Below, piece after piece: positions 1-9,913 of a DNA stretch of 42,053 nt. The stretch covers positions 1-42,053 of the IMG/VR virus record IMGVR_UViG_3300010372_000002. One strand, 5' to 3'. Origin of the DNA: a virus. The notes under the pieces were generated by a model that searched no databases, was not told the DNA's origin, and worked only from the letters and a program-made list of their open reading frames with translations. The translations under genes were made by a program, and so were the position numbers. Position 1 is the stretch's first letter. Every line of letters starts with the position of its first letter.

Positions 1-123
1 TCCGTATAACCCGACTAGGCAGGTGTTGAGTCGTCGTATTGATAGAATGCGTCACTGTACTGCTTGGCGGTAACACTGCACCGCCCGCCTTGGTCTGGCT
101 CGATTGCCTCAATGATTGAAGAA
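1..123. repeat. Terminal direct repeat, copy 1 (identical to 41931..42053)
   Basis: Bases 1-123 (tccgtataacccgactaggc...caatgattgaagaa) recur exactly at 41931-42053; unique genome length 41930 bp. Confidence 0.95.
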
Positions 124-3068
124 TAGCCGACTTTGCTTGAAGAACAGAATACCATTCTTGGCGGCTCAATTGACCAGTCAAAGTCGTTTTCTATTGATGC
201 AGTAGTAACAAGCAGCTGCGTGTCGTTTACGCGAACAGGCGTCAGAAGCGGGCTAACAGTGCCATCCTGATATTTGATCAGCACGCGGGGATTGTCGAAA
301 GTCCAATCAAGATCCTCGCTGGAGGTTATCAGGGTCTTGCCGGCCCACTCTCCCGACTCAATATCCTCTGCTGACTCAATGATGCTACTGATTGTCTGAT
401 TGCCTGGTATGTCGTCCGTCATGACCACATGATCAAGCATGCGATAGGCCAGAGCGGATAACTCGGTTTCGGCCTTGTGCGTCAATCGCTGGTATTGGTA
501 CTTCATCAATCGCCGCATACCAATGCGCCACGCTCTAGTTCGATCCTGAACGCCGTCTAGCGTGTATGTCTCGATTTTCAGAGGGTCAATACCGGGCAGC
601 CTGCACTCGACAATCTCAACGCCGAAAGTAACTGGATCAATGTACTTCACGTCAACGCCGCTGTAGTCGTCGGCGCTTGGAGATACGAAGCTAGTAACCA
701 GCTCGGACGCTTGTTCGTGCGGCGTGATGGCGCCAGTAATCGGCTTAACCCCTTCACGAATGGCGGTTATTTTAGAGTCCTCAATGGAGAGAAACGACAT
801 ACCGGCATTCATAACTGTCTGTAGCGCTTCCTTGGCTGTAATTTGTTTATCAAATGAGTAGTCGAAAGTCTCACCGCGCGGCGTCCAATACTCAGTCTGA
901 AGTTCTGCCAATTCTTCTTCGTCATATGCCGCCTCATTAGTCGGCAGACTTTGGCATATGTGCTGAATAGCGCCAGATATAGAACGCGACTCGCCGTCCT
1001 CATATATGCGAGTGGCAACTAGACTGACCTGGCGATCAGACTGCGCAGAGAGTCGAGAGCCCGTGCGCACGGTCATAGCAATGCATGTTACGCCGGGATA
1101 AGAAGTTGGGCGCTGCTGTAGTCGACTCCTAAGCGCAAACCATTGGGCGTTATCCGATACGACACGATACCCGGCAGTATCAAGACGCCGCATCCTGCAA
1201 ATAGGGCGCATAAGATAAGGCAGGACAATGCCCTCGCTAAACCCTATGCCATCTCGCGTGTTTGCAGTGTAGGTTTTGGAAACTTCAACCCACACACCTG
1301 TATTAACGTCGGCATAAGAAAATATGACGGTAATGCTTAGCGGATACTCGCCTCCCTTTTTAGCGGTAGACTGAAGACCGCCAGGGAAAAATATATCCCA
1401 CTCAATACGATCAACGACTTCGCCCTCTGGGCATCCCATAAACGGGCCGATCCAGTTTTGTGAATCAACAACTGTAGATGTCAGCCTAAAATCAAGGATT
1501 GTCCGACTTAAAAACCCAGTCCATCCGGTGTCTATTGTTCCGTCACTTTTTATTCTGCTGACGGATACGGTAGTTGATGCTATTGAATTGACTTGGTATC
1601 TATTCTGTCTGTAGCCAATGGCGAGCCGCTGAATGCCGCTGGGTACGCCGGCAAATGGCGTCCCGGACGGATATTTGAGAGTGATCTTGGCTAGTTGCTC
1701 AGGTGTGCCGCCAGTTGATGCACTGCCGACTGCATATACCGGGCCGATGCCGAATATCGACACCGGAGCGCTGCTCATTGTTATCGGGGTGCCGTAGTAC
1801 GGGCTGCTAGGTTCGACAATTTTCAGTCTTCCCGAGTTGTCCTGCGCAACAAGTCCCATGCCAGTTAGTTGTGAGGTTATCTCGGAAACCACGCCACTCA
1901 TGTTCAGGTAGTTGGCGGTAAGCGAAAGAGAGCGGGTGACGCCGCGATACGTCAGATTCCACGCTATTGGCGTGCCACTAAAATCGTATGTCGTAGGCGC
2001 AGCGCTGGCCGTGACGCTAGAAGGCGAGCCGCCAGCGCCTGGAACTGGGGCGACATAGGGCGAATAGCTATCTACTACAAGGTCTAGACCTTCGTTCTCG
2101 TACGTCAGGGTTACCTGCATACCAACAAATGGCTGCAACTCCTGAAGCGGCCCGGCGATTATGCTATGGGTGCTGCTACTCGTTATGGTGAAATTATCTG
2201 GCGCAATTAGGTTTACAATTGTTCCCGCAATCCATGAATCGGGTATTTCTGCGGTTTCACCAACTGCCGTAATAGTATTGCCAGTTAAGGAAAGTGCGTC
2301 AGCATATACGGAAGTCGTAGAGTCTGGAGACTGTAAATCAAGACCAGCCGTGGCGCTTTTAGATGCTCCAACCTCTGGCGCTGCGTACCAGTTTTCAGAG
2401 CGTGGATCACCAGAAACATCAGCGCCCGGCTCATAGATCGTATATTCGACCTCGCTGCCAAATGCGCTAACTGGAGTTTCACCAATCCTGATTTGGCTGG
2501 GCGGAATGCTAAACCGACCAACTCCAACAACAAGGAACATGTTAGTCCGTGCATCACGACCACTGATAAATCGCGTCACTGGCTGTAAAGCATAGTCCGG
2601 GTAAATCTTTGCCCGTCCGCACACTTCGCGGATTGGTTCGTACAGCTTGACGCTGTTCGCCTTGGCCGGATTAAGCTCTAGCCGGTCGCCAGTTGCAGAT
2701 GATGCGTTAGGCGTGTCTGTATTTAGAGCGATCAGGCTTACAACAGCAACAGCAACTACAGCGATAGTTGCAATGGCTACGATAGTTTCAAAGCCAAATG
2801 GAACCGGATAAATCCGCACGTCATCATTCGGGCCAATCTTGATTGACTCCCAATCTGACGGACTGATTGTTTTGCCATTTACATCAATGGAAATTGGCTG
2901 GATATCAGCGGATAGATCAACTGGATTGCCATCTTTGTCTTTGCTGATAGTTGCACGCAGCCAATCCGCGATTGTGATTTTAGAGCCGATAGTGTGGCTC
3001 TCTAGCGCCATACCGTTAAGTGATGGGTAGATATTAATCTCATGACGCGACGGATAAATGCGAATCAT
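15..3068 (-). CDS. Central tail fibre / host-specificity protein (lambda J-like) with a fused gpI-like N-terminus
   Basis: 1017-aa ORF, last and largest tail-tip gene. ATGA overlap with the upstream NlpC/P60 gene. First ~115 aa are a ubiquitin-like segment (DDVRIYPVPFG) plus a hydrophobic stretch (IVAIATIAVVAVAVVSLIAL), as in lambda gpI. Confidence 0.85.
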   Translation of the reverse strand: MIRIYPSRHEINIYPSLNGMALESHTIGSKITIADWLRATISKDKDGNPVDLSADIQPISIDVNGKTISPSDWESIKIGPNDDVRIYPVPFGFETIVAIATIAVVAVAVVSLIALNTDTPNASSATGDRLELNPAKANSVKLYEPIREVCGRAKIYPDYALQPVTRFISGRDARTNMFLVVGVGRFSIPPSQIRIGETPVSAFGSEVEYTIYEPGADVSGDPRSENWYAAPEVGASKSATAGLDLQSPDSTTSVYADALSLTGNTITAVGETAEIPDSWIAGTIVNLIAPDNFTITSSSTHSIIAGPLQELQPFVGMQVTLTYENEGLDLVVDSYSPYVAPVPGAGGSPSSVTASAAPTTYDFSGTPIAWNLTYRGVTRSLSLTANYLNMSGVVSEITSQLTGMGLVAQDNSGRLKIVEPSSPYYGTPITMSSAPVSIFGIGPVYAVGSASTGGTPEQLAKITLKYPSGTPFAGVPSGIQRLAIGYRQNRYQVNSIASTTVSVSRIKSDGTIDTGWTGFLSRTILDFRLTSTVVDSQNWIGPFMGCPEGEVVDRIEWDIFFPGGLQSTAKKGGEYPLSITVIFSYADVNTGVWVEVSKTYTANTRDGIGFSEGIVLPYLMRPICRMRRLDTAGYRVVSDNAQWFALRSRLQQRPTSYPGVTCIAMTVRTGSRLSAQSDRQVSLVATRIYEDGESRSISGAIQHICQSLPTNEAAYDEEELAELQTEYWTPRGETFDYSFDKQITAKEALQTVMNAGMSFLSIEDSKITAIREGVKPITGAITPHEQASELVTSFVSPSADDYSGVDVKYIDPVTFGVEIVECRLPGIDPLKIETYTLDGVQDRTRAWRIGMRRLMKYQYQRLTHKAETELSALAYRMLDHVVMTDDIPGNQTISSIIESAEDIESGEWAGKTLITSSEDLDWTFDNPRVLIKYQDGTVSPLLTPVRVNDTQLLVTTASIENDFDWSIEPPRMVFCSSSKVGYSSIIEAIEPDQGGRCSVTAKQYSDAFYQYDDSTPA

Positions 3069-3448
3069 CGATAAAACTCCACGCGCACAAATCGGCGGAT
3101 AAAACGGCGCACAGGAATGCAGGTGACTCCATGCTTAGGATTGCACTCCATTACACACAGGCCGGCAGGTGTATTGACGACAACGCCCACGTGGGTCATT
3201 AGGCTGGCCATATAGCAGCAGGCTACGGCACCTTCCTCCGGCTCGCATTTTTCGCGCGAACTAACGAACTCACGGCCCGCCTTGTCCAAGCCGTCATCGT
3301 CTTTTGTGACGCCATCCCATGACGGCCATTTATCAAGACCAAGATCCTCACGAACAGCAATAACAATGCCGTAGCAGTCGAGATTAGGCCAGGCTCTGCC
3401 ACCTTTCTCCCACCTAACCTCGCGTACATATCGCGCCGTGTCGATCAT
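3065..3448 (-). CDS. Tail-tip NlpC/P60 (C40) peptidase, lambda K-like
   Basis: Cys/His core (NLDCYGIVIAV ... THVGVVV). ATGA overlaps at both ends. ORF-track start 3502 lies inside the upstream gene, so ATG 3448 is preferred. Confidence 0.8.
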   Translation of the reverse strand: MIDTARYVREVRWEKGGRAWPNLDCYGIVIAVREDLGLDKWPSWDGVTKDDDGLDKAGREFVSSREKCEPEEGAVACCYMASLMTHVGVVVNTPAGLCVMECNPKHGVTCIPVRRFIRRFVRVEFYR

Positions 3449-3963
3449 GTAATGTATCTCAAGCCTGGGAACTGATTCAGATTGTACAGCCAGCGAGGCC
3501 ATCCGGTATCGAGGATGTTCATATAACCTGCCGTCAAATCAGCCTGCATTGCAGACCACTGGCCGTTTTTAACTTCAAGTCGATACGGGCGCTCTGCTGG
3601 CGCGGAAAGATCGCTCTCAAGGTACTGTCGAAGTGTGGCGTACATTGGCAGCTTATTCGTTAGCGCTCGCTGAATCTCAGTGCTAACCAGCCCGCTGATA
3701 TTGGAGAGGCTGAAGTTAAGATCTTGCGTGCCGTCCAGGTTTCTCGGCGGTAGCGCGGCGGCAAGCGCAAAAGGCTGAAAAGTCACAGTCTCGCCTGTCT
3801 CCAGCATTGCCTCCAGCGATTCAAAGTCGTGAACAAGGTAATGCGATACAGCATCAATGTCTCGATCTGCATCGCCAGCAATCTCAATCTGCATCGTGAT
3901 AATGCGAACATCATCGCCGCCACTCACATAGAATCGATCAAGGATAGTCACGGCGCTGGCCAC
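3445..3963 (-). CDS. Minor tail protein (lambda L position; DUF1833-like from memory)
   Basis: 172 aa with a GTG start, lying between the TMP-proximal gene and the K-like gene and overlapping both neighbours. Confidence 0.6.
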   Translation of the reverse strand: MASAVTILDRFYVSGGDDVRIITMQIEIAGDADRDIDAVSHYLVHDFESLEAMLETGETVTFQPFALAAALPPRNLDGTQDLNFSLSNISGLVSTEIQRALTNKLPMYATLRQYLESDLSAPAERPYRLEVKNGQWSAMQADLTAGYMNILDTGWPRWLYNLNQFPGLRYIT

Positions 3964-4478
3964 TCCTGATTAACGCCATAATCAAAAACATCCTTGAATG
4001 TCTGATATTGCGAATTTGGCCACTCTTGATTGACTGCGAGGTCGATGATGTCCATGTATCGCAAAGCCTCCGGATAATACATAGCCCACCCGCCACTGAT
4101 AACAGGCCGACGATATAGGCGAACTGGAACGCTAAATGACCAGTATTTAGCGCCCATCAATGTCGGGCCTTCGTACATTTCCCTGAACTGGCACTTGTAC
4201 GGAAAATATCCTTCCGGCGTTTTCAGATTGATTTCAAACCACAACTGCCCATCCTTGATAATTTCCTGAACCCACGCCATGAATGCTTGGGCCTGCAAGT
4301 CGTTAAAGTACGTCCACGTCAAATTCCCGTTGGTTGGCGTGCTGCGATAACGGCGGCGCTGAATTGTTCCGCCACCCTGCAAATCAGTGCTAATCAGCGG
4401 GCTGACAGGCTCGAACCCGTACCCATCCTGTACTGGCGGAGGAAGCCAGTCGGGAAACTGCGGCAGTTCTTCCATCAA
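3948..4478 (-). CDS. Minor tail / distal tail protein (lambda M position)
   Basis: 176 aa, 4-nt overlap with the tape measure stop; call rests on gene order. Confidence 0.6.
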   Translation of the reverse strand: MMEELPQFPDWLPPPVQDGYGFEPVSPLISTDLQGGGTIQRRRYRSTPTNGNLTWTYFNDLQAQAFMAWVQEIIKDGQLWFEINLKTPEGYFPYKCQFREMYEGPTLMGAKYWSFSVPVRLYRRPVISGGWAMYYPEALRYMDIIDLAVNQEWPNSQYQTFKDVFDYGVNQEWPAP

Positions 4479-7402
4479 CCTTTCCTTCTGCTTACGCCAT
4501 AACCGGCTTGGAGGCTCTTAGATACAGAGCCGCGGCCAGTGGCCAAATCATTCGATATCTGCTGGTATGCGAGTTTAGCACCATCGGCGGTTGCTTTTTC
4601 GATTCGCGCAATAGTTGATTTGTCGGGATCGCCATTAACGACAACTTGCGGCGCGATGGTAATAGGCTGGCTCATATCGCTGCCAGAACCATTCATGATG
4701 CCGCCGCTGGAGTTCAGCGGACGCCCGGAGCGGATCGCCTCAAGTGTCGGAACGCCAATGCGCGAAGTTGCAGCGGCATCGAACACATATTCACGGCCAT
4801 GCACCACGCCTGCCACGTCAGACACGCCCATGTTGCCGGTGTATCCGCCGCCCTGGAATCCAGGCGTAACGCCTTTAATTGCAGCTGCCTGCGCAACCTG
4901 AGCTGCCGCCGCAGTGGCGCCAGCGATTGGCGCAAGAATCGGCCCGACCACGGGGATGCCAACGGTTGCCGCATATGCGTCAGAGTAAGACTTTGGCGCG
5001 TTCATCAATGCGGTGGCGACGGCAAACCCTTTTTGGATAGCAAACAGAGCCTGATATGCAGCTGATTGTTCGCCAACGAATGTTTGAGCAAGCCCAGCCA
5101 GGCTGCCAAACATCTGCTCGCCGCTTTGCAGCATGACCTGCTGTTTCGCCTGCTCGATCTGAGCGACACGATTAGCGCTAACCTGTGCAAGCTCGACTTC
5201 TAGGTCGGCATATTGCTGGCGCGTGACCAGTTGCAGTTCTAGCGCTTCACGCAAGCGCTCCTGCTGCTGCTCGTAGCGCTGCTGCTCTGCTAACGCCTCA
5301 GCCTCGTATCGCGCCATCTGGTTGTCAAACATGCCGCCTGACAGGGGATCTACCTTGCCCACAATCGAGGCCATTGGATCGTCGCCAAAGGCTTTCTTGC
5401 GGCGCTCAATCTCCCTGGCGGCGTCTTCCTCGGCTTTCTTCTGAGCCTCCAACCCTTCGACGGTGGCGATCAGCGAACGCGCGTATTCGAGCTGCGACTC
5501 GCTGGCACCTTTCATCGTCAGGTCATAGATTTTTACCTCGCCCGCCGTCATTCCCCAGACTTTTGCGGCGCGCTCTAGTGCTGATATTTCATTCTCAATA
5601 GCGCTTGCGTTCTTTTGCGCGGCCTTGGATATTTCGCTTGACGCATTAGCCGCTACGCGCGCTGTCTCGCCCAATGCGCCATTCATCTCCAGCGTCTGGC
5701 GTGTGCTTTCCTTGTACGCCCTGGCTGCGTCACGGGCGCCGTTCACGATGGCGTCACGCTCTTGCAGAATGGCTTCGATAGACTGCATTCGGGCATCGCC
5801 CAATGCGGCCATTTGAGAGCGCACGGCATTGAATGCATCGACTGCTGCGGACGGGCCATCAGGTAGCGCTTTTACAGCAGCAGCGAGCGCCTGAATGCCG
5901 TTTAGCTGGGCATCAATGAAGCTGGCAATCTCTACCGTCGCAATCTGAATTGCGGCGCGGATATTGGCCGGGATCTCGGAGAACGAAAATCCAATGCTTG
6001 ATGCGTCCTCTTCGGTATTGCTGGTAAAGCCAGATATCAGGCGGTCAAGCTCGACAATGTCCCGGCCAATTGCCTGCAATGCGCCCTGCCATGCGAGCAA
6101 TCCGGCGATCACGTCTTCACTGGTAGCCATCTCAAGCGCGGTATCGGATAGCTCGATGATCGCAGCGGCGAGAGCACCAGACGCGCCAGTCGCCTGATCC
6201 ATTGTGCCGACGAATGCCGTCAGGTTATTTCCTACGCGGACGAAGGCATCGCCCATTGTGGCCGGCATTTCTGCGGCACGGTCGCGTACATCATCAAGTG
6301 ATTTGACCACTGCATTGGCGATAACGTCGCTTGTGATCTTGCCCTCAGATGACATCTGGCGAAGGCCTGAGACTGTAGTTCCCAGCTCTCTAGCCAGTGC
6401 CTGCGCGACCTCGCCACCATTCGCCAGAACAGTCTCCAGGCCGTCCGCTTCGATTTTGCCGACCGCCATAGCCTTAGACAGCGCATTCTGTACCGATGCC
6501 GCACGTTCGCCACGGGTGGCGGTCAGCACAAGCATGTTGTTCAGCGATTCGGTGAAGTCTGCTGCTTCTGTTGCGCTTCTGCCCAGGTCACGGAATGTCG
6601 AGACGTTGCGAGAGTAAATCTCGGCAGTTTGCTCAAGTGGGGAATATGAGGCGTTGGCAATTTGTAGGAGGCGCTGCATCGATGCGCCTGCGGTATCCAT
6701 GCTTCCGGTAGCGGCACCGACCCGGCTCTGCATGTCTGACCATGCGTCTGCGTAGTTTTTGATCGTGGTTATCGTGAACGCGCCAGCTATTAGCTTGCCG
6801 GCTCTAATGGCGATAGTAGCTAGAGAGTCAATAGATGGCGCTGCTGAATCCGCCGAGTCGGCTATCTCATCAATTGCATCAGTGGCTTCCGACGCTGAAT
6901 CCGGAAAATCGCTGAATGCTGAAGATGCGGATTCAATCGCATCCGAAGCAGAGTTCGCAGACGATGAAGCCTCATCTATAGAGGATTTAGCTCTGTCTAT
7001 TGCATCTTTAGCATTTGATGTTGCAAATTTTAAAGCGAAAGAGCTTTGCGCAAGATTGTTTATGGAAGAATTCGCGCTTAATGCTGACTGGCCAAGCTGA
7101 TCGGTAGATTGCTTTCCTTGAGCTTGAGACGAGGCGAGCAGCATAACGGCCGATGCTGCAGCCTGGCTAGCTTGGGCATTCGCCATTATCCCCGATGATA
7201 TGGACTTTATTGATGAATCTAGAGATCCAATTGCAGAAAGCAACGCCTTCTGCACCGAACTCAGTTGAGAAAATGCGGAAGATAGCCTATCACCAGACTT
7301 TTCAGCCTTTCCAGCTGAAGTAGTTAGATGATCAAGCGAGCTAGCCGCCTGCTCGATGTTGCTGGCTCCGTCGACCCGCAAACCTAAGGCGGCAACTTCC
7401 AT
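4475..7402 (-). CDS. Tail tape measure protein
   Basis: 975 aa, Ala/Ser/Gln/Glu-rich coiled-coil composition, directly downstream of the G/GT chaperone pair. Confidence 0.9.
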   Translation of the reverse strand: MEVAALGLRVDGASNIEQAASSLDHLTTSAGKAEKSGDRLSSAFSQLSSVQKALLSAIGSLDSSIKSISSGIMANAQASQAAASAVMLLASSQAQGKQSTDQLGQSALSANSSINNLAQSSFALKFATSNAKDAIDRAKSSIDEASSSANSASDAIESASSAFSDFPDSASEATDAIDEIADSADSAAPSIDSLATIAIRAGKLIAGAFTITTIKNYADAWSDMQSRVGAATGSMDTAGASMQRLLQIANASYSPLEQTAEIYSRNVSTFRDLGRSATEAADFTESLNNMLVLTATRGERAASVQNALSKAMAVGKIEADGLETVLANGGEVAQALARELGTTVSGLRQMSSEGKITSDVIANAVVKSLDDVRDRAAEMPATMGDAFVRVGNNLTAFVGTMDQATGASGALAAAIIELSDTALEMATSEDVIAGLLAWQGALQAIGRDIVELDRLISGFTSNTEEDASSIGFSFSEIPANIRAAIQIATVEIASFIDAQLNGIQALAAAVKALPDGPSAAVDAFNAVRSQMAALGDARMQSIEAILQERDAIVNGARDAARAYKESTRQTLEMNGALGETARVAANASSEISKAAQKNASAIENEISALERAAKVWGMTAGEVKIYDLTMKGASESQLEYARSLIATVEGLEAQKKAEEDAAREIERRKKAFGDDPMASIVGKVDPLSGGMFDNQMARYEAEALAEQQRYEQQQERLREALELQLVTRQQYADLEVELAQVSANRVAQIEQAKQQVMLQSGEQMFGSLAGLAQTFVGEQSAAYQALFAIQKGFAVATALMNAPKSYSDAYAATVGIPVVGPILAPIAGATAAAAQVAQAAAIKGVTPGFQGGGYTGNMGVSDVAGVVHGREYVFDAAATSRIGVPTLEAIRSGRPLNSSGGIMNGSGSDMSQPITIAPQVVVNGDPDKSTIARIEKATADGAKLAYQQISNDLATGRGSVSKSLQAGYGVSRRKG

Positions 7403-7406
7403 GGGA

Positions 7407-8182
7407 CTACCTCTTAATCATTTCGCGGGAGAATGTCTTACCCTCGCCGCTCTTGTGAGACAAATAAACGTCATCCATGGCGCGGATGATTTGCGAGAAC
7501 AGGGACGGACTCATGCCCATCTCCTGATCTGCGTACTGCCGTATTGCTGATCCGGGAATTGGCCCCGGATTTACTCCCACCTGGCGCTCTGTTGATAACT
7601 CCCAAAACGCCGACCATAGGTGCCATTCGATATCGTGTAACTCTGGCGGAACTAGGCCGGCTGGGATCTCTTGGCCGAATCGCGTGTAGTCCTCAATGAT
7701 TTTTTTCGCGTTCGGGTTATCAATCGCCCAGCGCAGGCGGGCTGTTAGTTTTTTGTGACTGTCTCGACGTAGCTATTAGCGTCTGCATCCAGTCGTTGCG
7801 CAGCAGTGGCCACCAAATCAGCGAATACTTCTCCGTTACGGGAGGTCAGCCATTGGCGTGCAATGTCACGATCAAAAGCGAACGGCTTGCCGTCTTTTTC
7901 CAAGCCGCGCCAGTCGATCAGTGCCACGTCTGCGAACACTTCGCGCACCATCTGCGTAACTTGTTCCTGATCCAGCGGGACGCCCTTGGATGCCTTGCGT
8001 GCGGCCTCCATCTTGGCGCCAATGGTCTTCCGGTATGCAGCAGAGGTAGTGCCCAGCACCTTAACCTCTACGCCCGGAGCGCCTGGCAGATTGCCGACCC
8101 ATGCGCCACTCTCAATAGCGTTCACGGCATCGTCAGTCAGAATCAGTTGGTTGATATCCATTGGTTGTATCTCCAGCCCCAT
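7407..8182 (-). CDS. Tail assembly chaperone frameshift product (GT-like, about 257 aa)
   Basis: After a -1 slip at 7748..7754, the -1 frame stays open for 113 codons (LTARLRWAIDNPNAKKIIEDY...LWSAFWELSTERQVG...) to TAG 7407..7409, 4 nt before the TMP start. Confidence 0.7.
7745..8182 (-). CDS. Tail assembly chaperone (G-like)
   Basis: 145 aa between the major tail gene and TMP. Ends ...ACA AAA AAC TAA. Alternative start ATG 8161 has a better-spaced GGAG. Confidence 0.8.
   Translation of the reverse strand: MGLEIQPMDINQLILTDDAVNAIESGAWVGNLPGAPGVEVKVLGTTSAAYRKTIGAKMEAARKASKGVPLDQEQVTQMVREVFADVALIDWRGLEKDGKPFAFDRDIARQWLTSRNGEVFADLVATAAQRLDADANSYVETVTKN
7748..7754 (-). promoter_or_regulatory. 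Programmed -1 frameshift slippery heptamer A_AAA_AAC
   Basis: X_XXY_YYZ heptamer in the zero frame, immediately before the G stop codon. A small GC hairpin (CGCC-7 nt-GGCG) lies about 8 nt downstream. Confidence 0.7.
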
Positions 8183-8248
8183 AGCCTCAAAGCGAGGCCA
8201 GCGGCGAGGCTAGGCCGCTGACCTCTTACCCTCGAATGAGGGATTCGG

Positions 8249-8962
8249 TTAAATCTCTACGATGTTGGAATCAATCCCAATCGACCAAGTGCGCAGATGC
8301 GCGGCAGTAGCATCACCACCACTACGTGCGCCAGGCAGAGCCATGCCGTAGAACATATCGGTATAGCCAGCAGGCGGGGCCGTAACGGTGTGAGTACCAG
8401 TACCCGCCGCAGCAGTGTCGATTGCCGCGCCACCAGCCGTTGCGCTCACCGAGAAGGCATCAGCAGTCAGGCCGGTGGCCGATACGTAATACACGGTGCC
8501 AGCGTTGAGGCCGGTCGGCAGCGCCCCAGTGGTGCTAAACACAACCGGCTGACCAGCCTGGAGGCCGTGGCCAGTCCAGCTAACAACGCCCGGAGTGCCG
8601 ACGCTAATGGTCACGTCAGACTCAGGCGCGCAGTCGCCGCCCCAGACAATCTTGAACGCATACGGCTGGCAATCATCAATTGCTTGACGGAACAGAGTCT
8701 GGCCCGGATCAAGGTAGATCGGGATAAATTGCGACTCCATCGTGCCGGCATTTTTCACTGTCTTGAACTTGCGAACCCGGTTTTCGTTGATAAGCGACTG
8801 CTCACCAACTTCCTGAGTGTCGCCAATACTGCCAGCGCTCGCCCAGCCGCCAATCTCAGTCCAAACTTGGCCAGCAAAATCAGCAGCCGTGACGGTGCCT
8901 TTGCCTGTTACACGCGAGCCGATGTACAGCTTGCTTCCAGCCACTGGAAAAACTTGGGCCAT
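8249..8962 (-). CDS. Major tail (tube) protein
   Basis: 237 aa immediately upstream of the chaperone pair; no sheath gene present; Gly/Thr/Ala-rich central insertion. Confidence 0.8.
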   Translation of the reverse strand: MAQVFPVAGSKLYIGSRVTGKGTVTAADFAGQVWTEIGGWASAGSIGDTQEVGEQSLINENRVRKFKTVKNAGTMESQFIPIYLDPGQTLFRQAIDDCQPYAFKIVWGGDCAPESDVTISVGTPGVVSWTGHGLQAGQPVVFSTTGALPTGLNAGTVYYVSATGLTADAFSVSATAGGAAIDTAAAGTGTHTVTAPPAGYTDMFYGMALPGARSGGDATAAHLRTWSIGIDSNIVEI

Positions 8963-8967
8963 GATAT

Positions 8968-9189
8968 TTACTCCTGCGCCACGGGGGCGTCATCTTCTAC
9001 CGGCGTGGCCGGAGTGGTTTTGCGCGACTTTGCCGGTTGCTTAGCAACTAACTCAGCCTCGCCTGTTTTCTCTTTGATGCCGACAAGTTCGGCAGCGCCT
9101 TTTGCCACATGGCCGAGTGCTTCGCCGATCTTCGCCTGAAACAATGCATCGCGTGCCATTTTAGCGCGTGCTGCGCAATCTTTGCACAT
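8968..9189 (-). CDS. Hypothetical protein (73 aa)
   Basis: ORF between the tail terminator and major tail genes; no recognisable motif. Confidence 0.5.
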   Translation of the reverse strand: MCKDCAARAKMARDALFQAKIGEALGHVAKGAAELVGIKEKTGEAELVAKQPAKSRKTTPATPVEDDAPVAQE

Positions 9190-9198
9190 ATATCACCT

Positions 9199-9474
9199 CT
9201 ATACTTTGCTGATCAGCGTGTAACCCGATTCAAATGCCTTTGCCGGTGAGTAGCTGCTGTAACCGTCGGCATAAACAACATAGTAACCACCGACCTCCGG
9301 CTTTCTTGAAAAATACCAGTCTACACTGACGACAACTGGTGAATATCTTCCATCCTCAAAGTAGATTGTCGCAAATTCATCGTTTGATTTTGCCTCTTCA
9401 ATACGTGAAATTTTTAGCGCCCACACTTGCTTGTGGCATTCGTATTTAGGCATTTGAATCTGAGAATCGGTCAT
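9199..9474 (-). CDS. Hypothetical protein (91 aa), low-GC insertion in the tail module
   Basis: Intact ORF. Sampled lines 9301-9420 are 37-38% GC, against about 65% in the capsid gene. Confidence 0.6.
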   Translation of the reverse strand: MTDSQIQMPKYECHKQVWALKISRIEEAKSNDEFATIYFEDGRYSPVVVSVDWYFSRKPEVGGYYVVYADGYSSYSPAKAFESGYTLISKV

Positions 9475-9487
9475 GATTACCTCCTAG

Positions 9488-9913
9488 TTAGGCAAATGTT
9501 TGCCACGGAATGCGTACGGGAACAGTCCAGTAGCCGTTCTCTTCATACCCTTCGACAACTTGCGGATATGATGGCACGGATACGCACACATTACCGTATC
9601 GCATCTTTGTTTCATCGTTGAAATGGTCGGAAATGGTGCCGGCAATTTGATCGTATACCGAAACATCCTGGCCGAGCGGATGAACTAGCGTGACAATGAT
9701 AAAGCCGGTGCGCTGGTAGGGCTTGCCATCACCCACAAACATACGCGACGGCGTGGCAGTTACGCGACCAATGCGCAGATAGGGCAATAGTGACGTGCCG
9801 CTTTTTGGCGGCGTGAATACTTGTCCCGGATATGCCTTCTGATATGACGGCAGCAGCGTATCAATGCGCGACTTGATGGCCAGCCATATGCTTGTTTCGA
9901 TGTTAGCTGCCAT
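9488..9913 (-). CDS. Tail terminator-like protein (gpU position; DUF4128-like from memory)
   Basis: Internal ATG 9913 (MAANIETSIWLAIKSR...) overlaps the upstream stop by 11 nt. The ORF-track start 9982 would run deep into the upstream gene. Confidence 0.55.
   Translation of the reverse strand: MAANIETSIWLAIKSRIDTLLPSYQKAYPGQVFTPPKSGTSLLPYLRIGRVTATPSRMFVGDGKPYQRTGFIIVTLVHPLGQDVSVYDQIAGTISDHFNDETKMRYGNVCVSVPSYPQVVEGYEENGYWTVPVRIPWQTFA

Noticed and set aside
8297-9139. 280-aa plus-strand ORF antisense to the major tail gene
   Set aside because: Same reasoning: it is the mirror frame of a structural gene, with an Arg/Ser/Ala-rich low-complexity translation.
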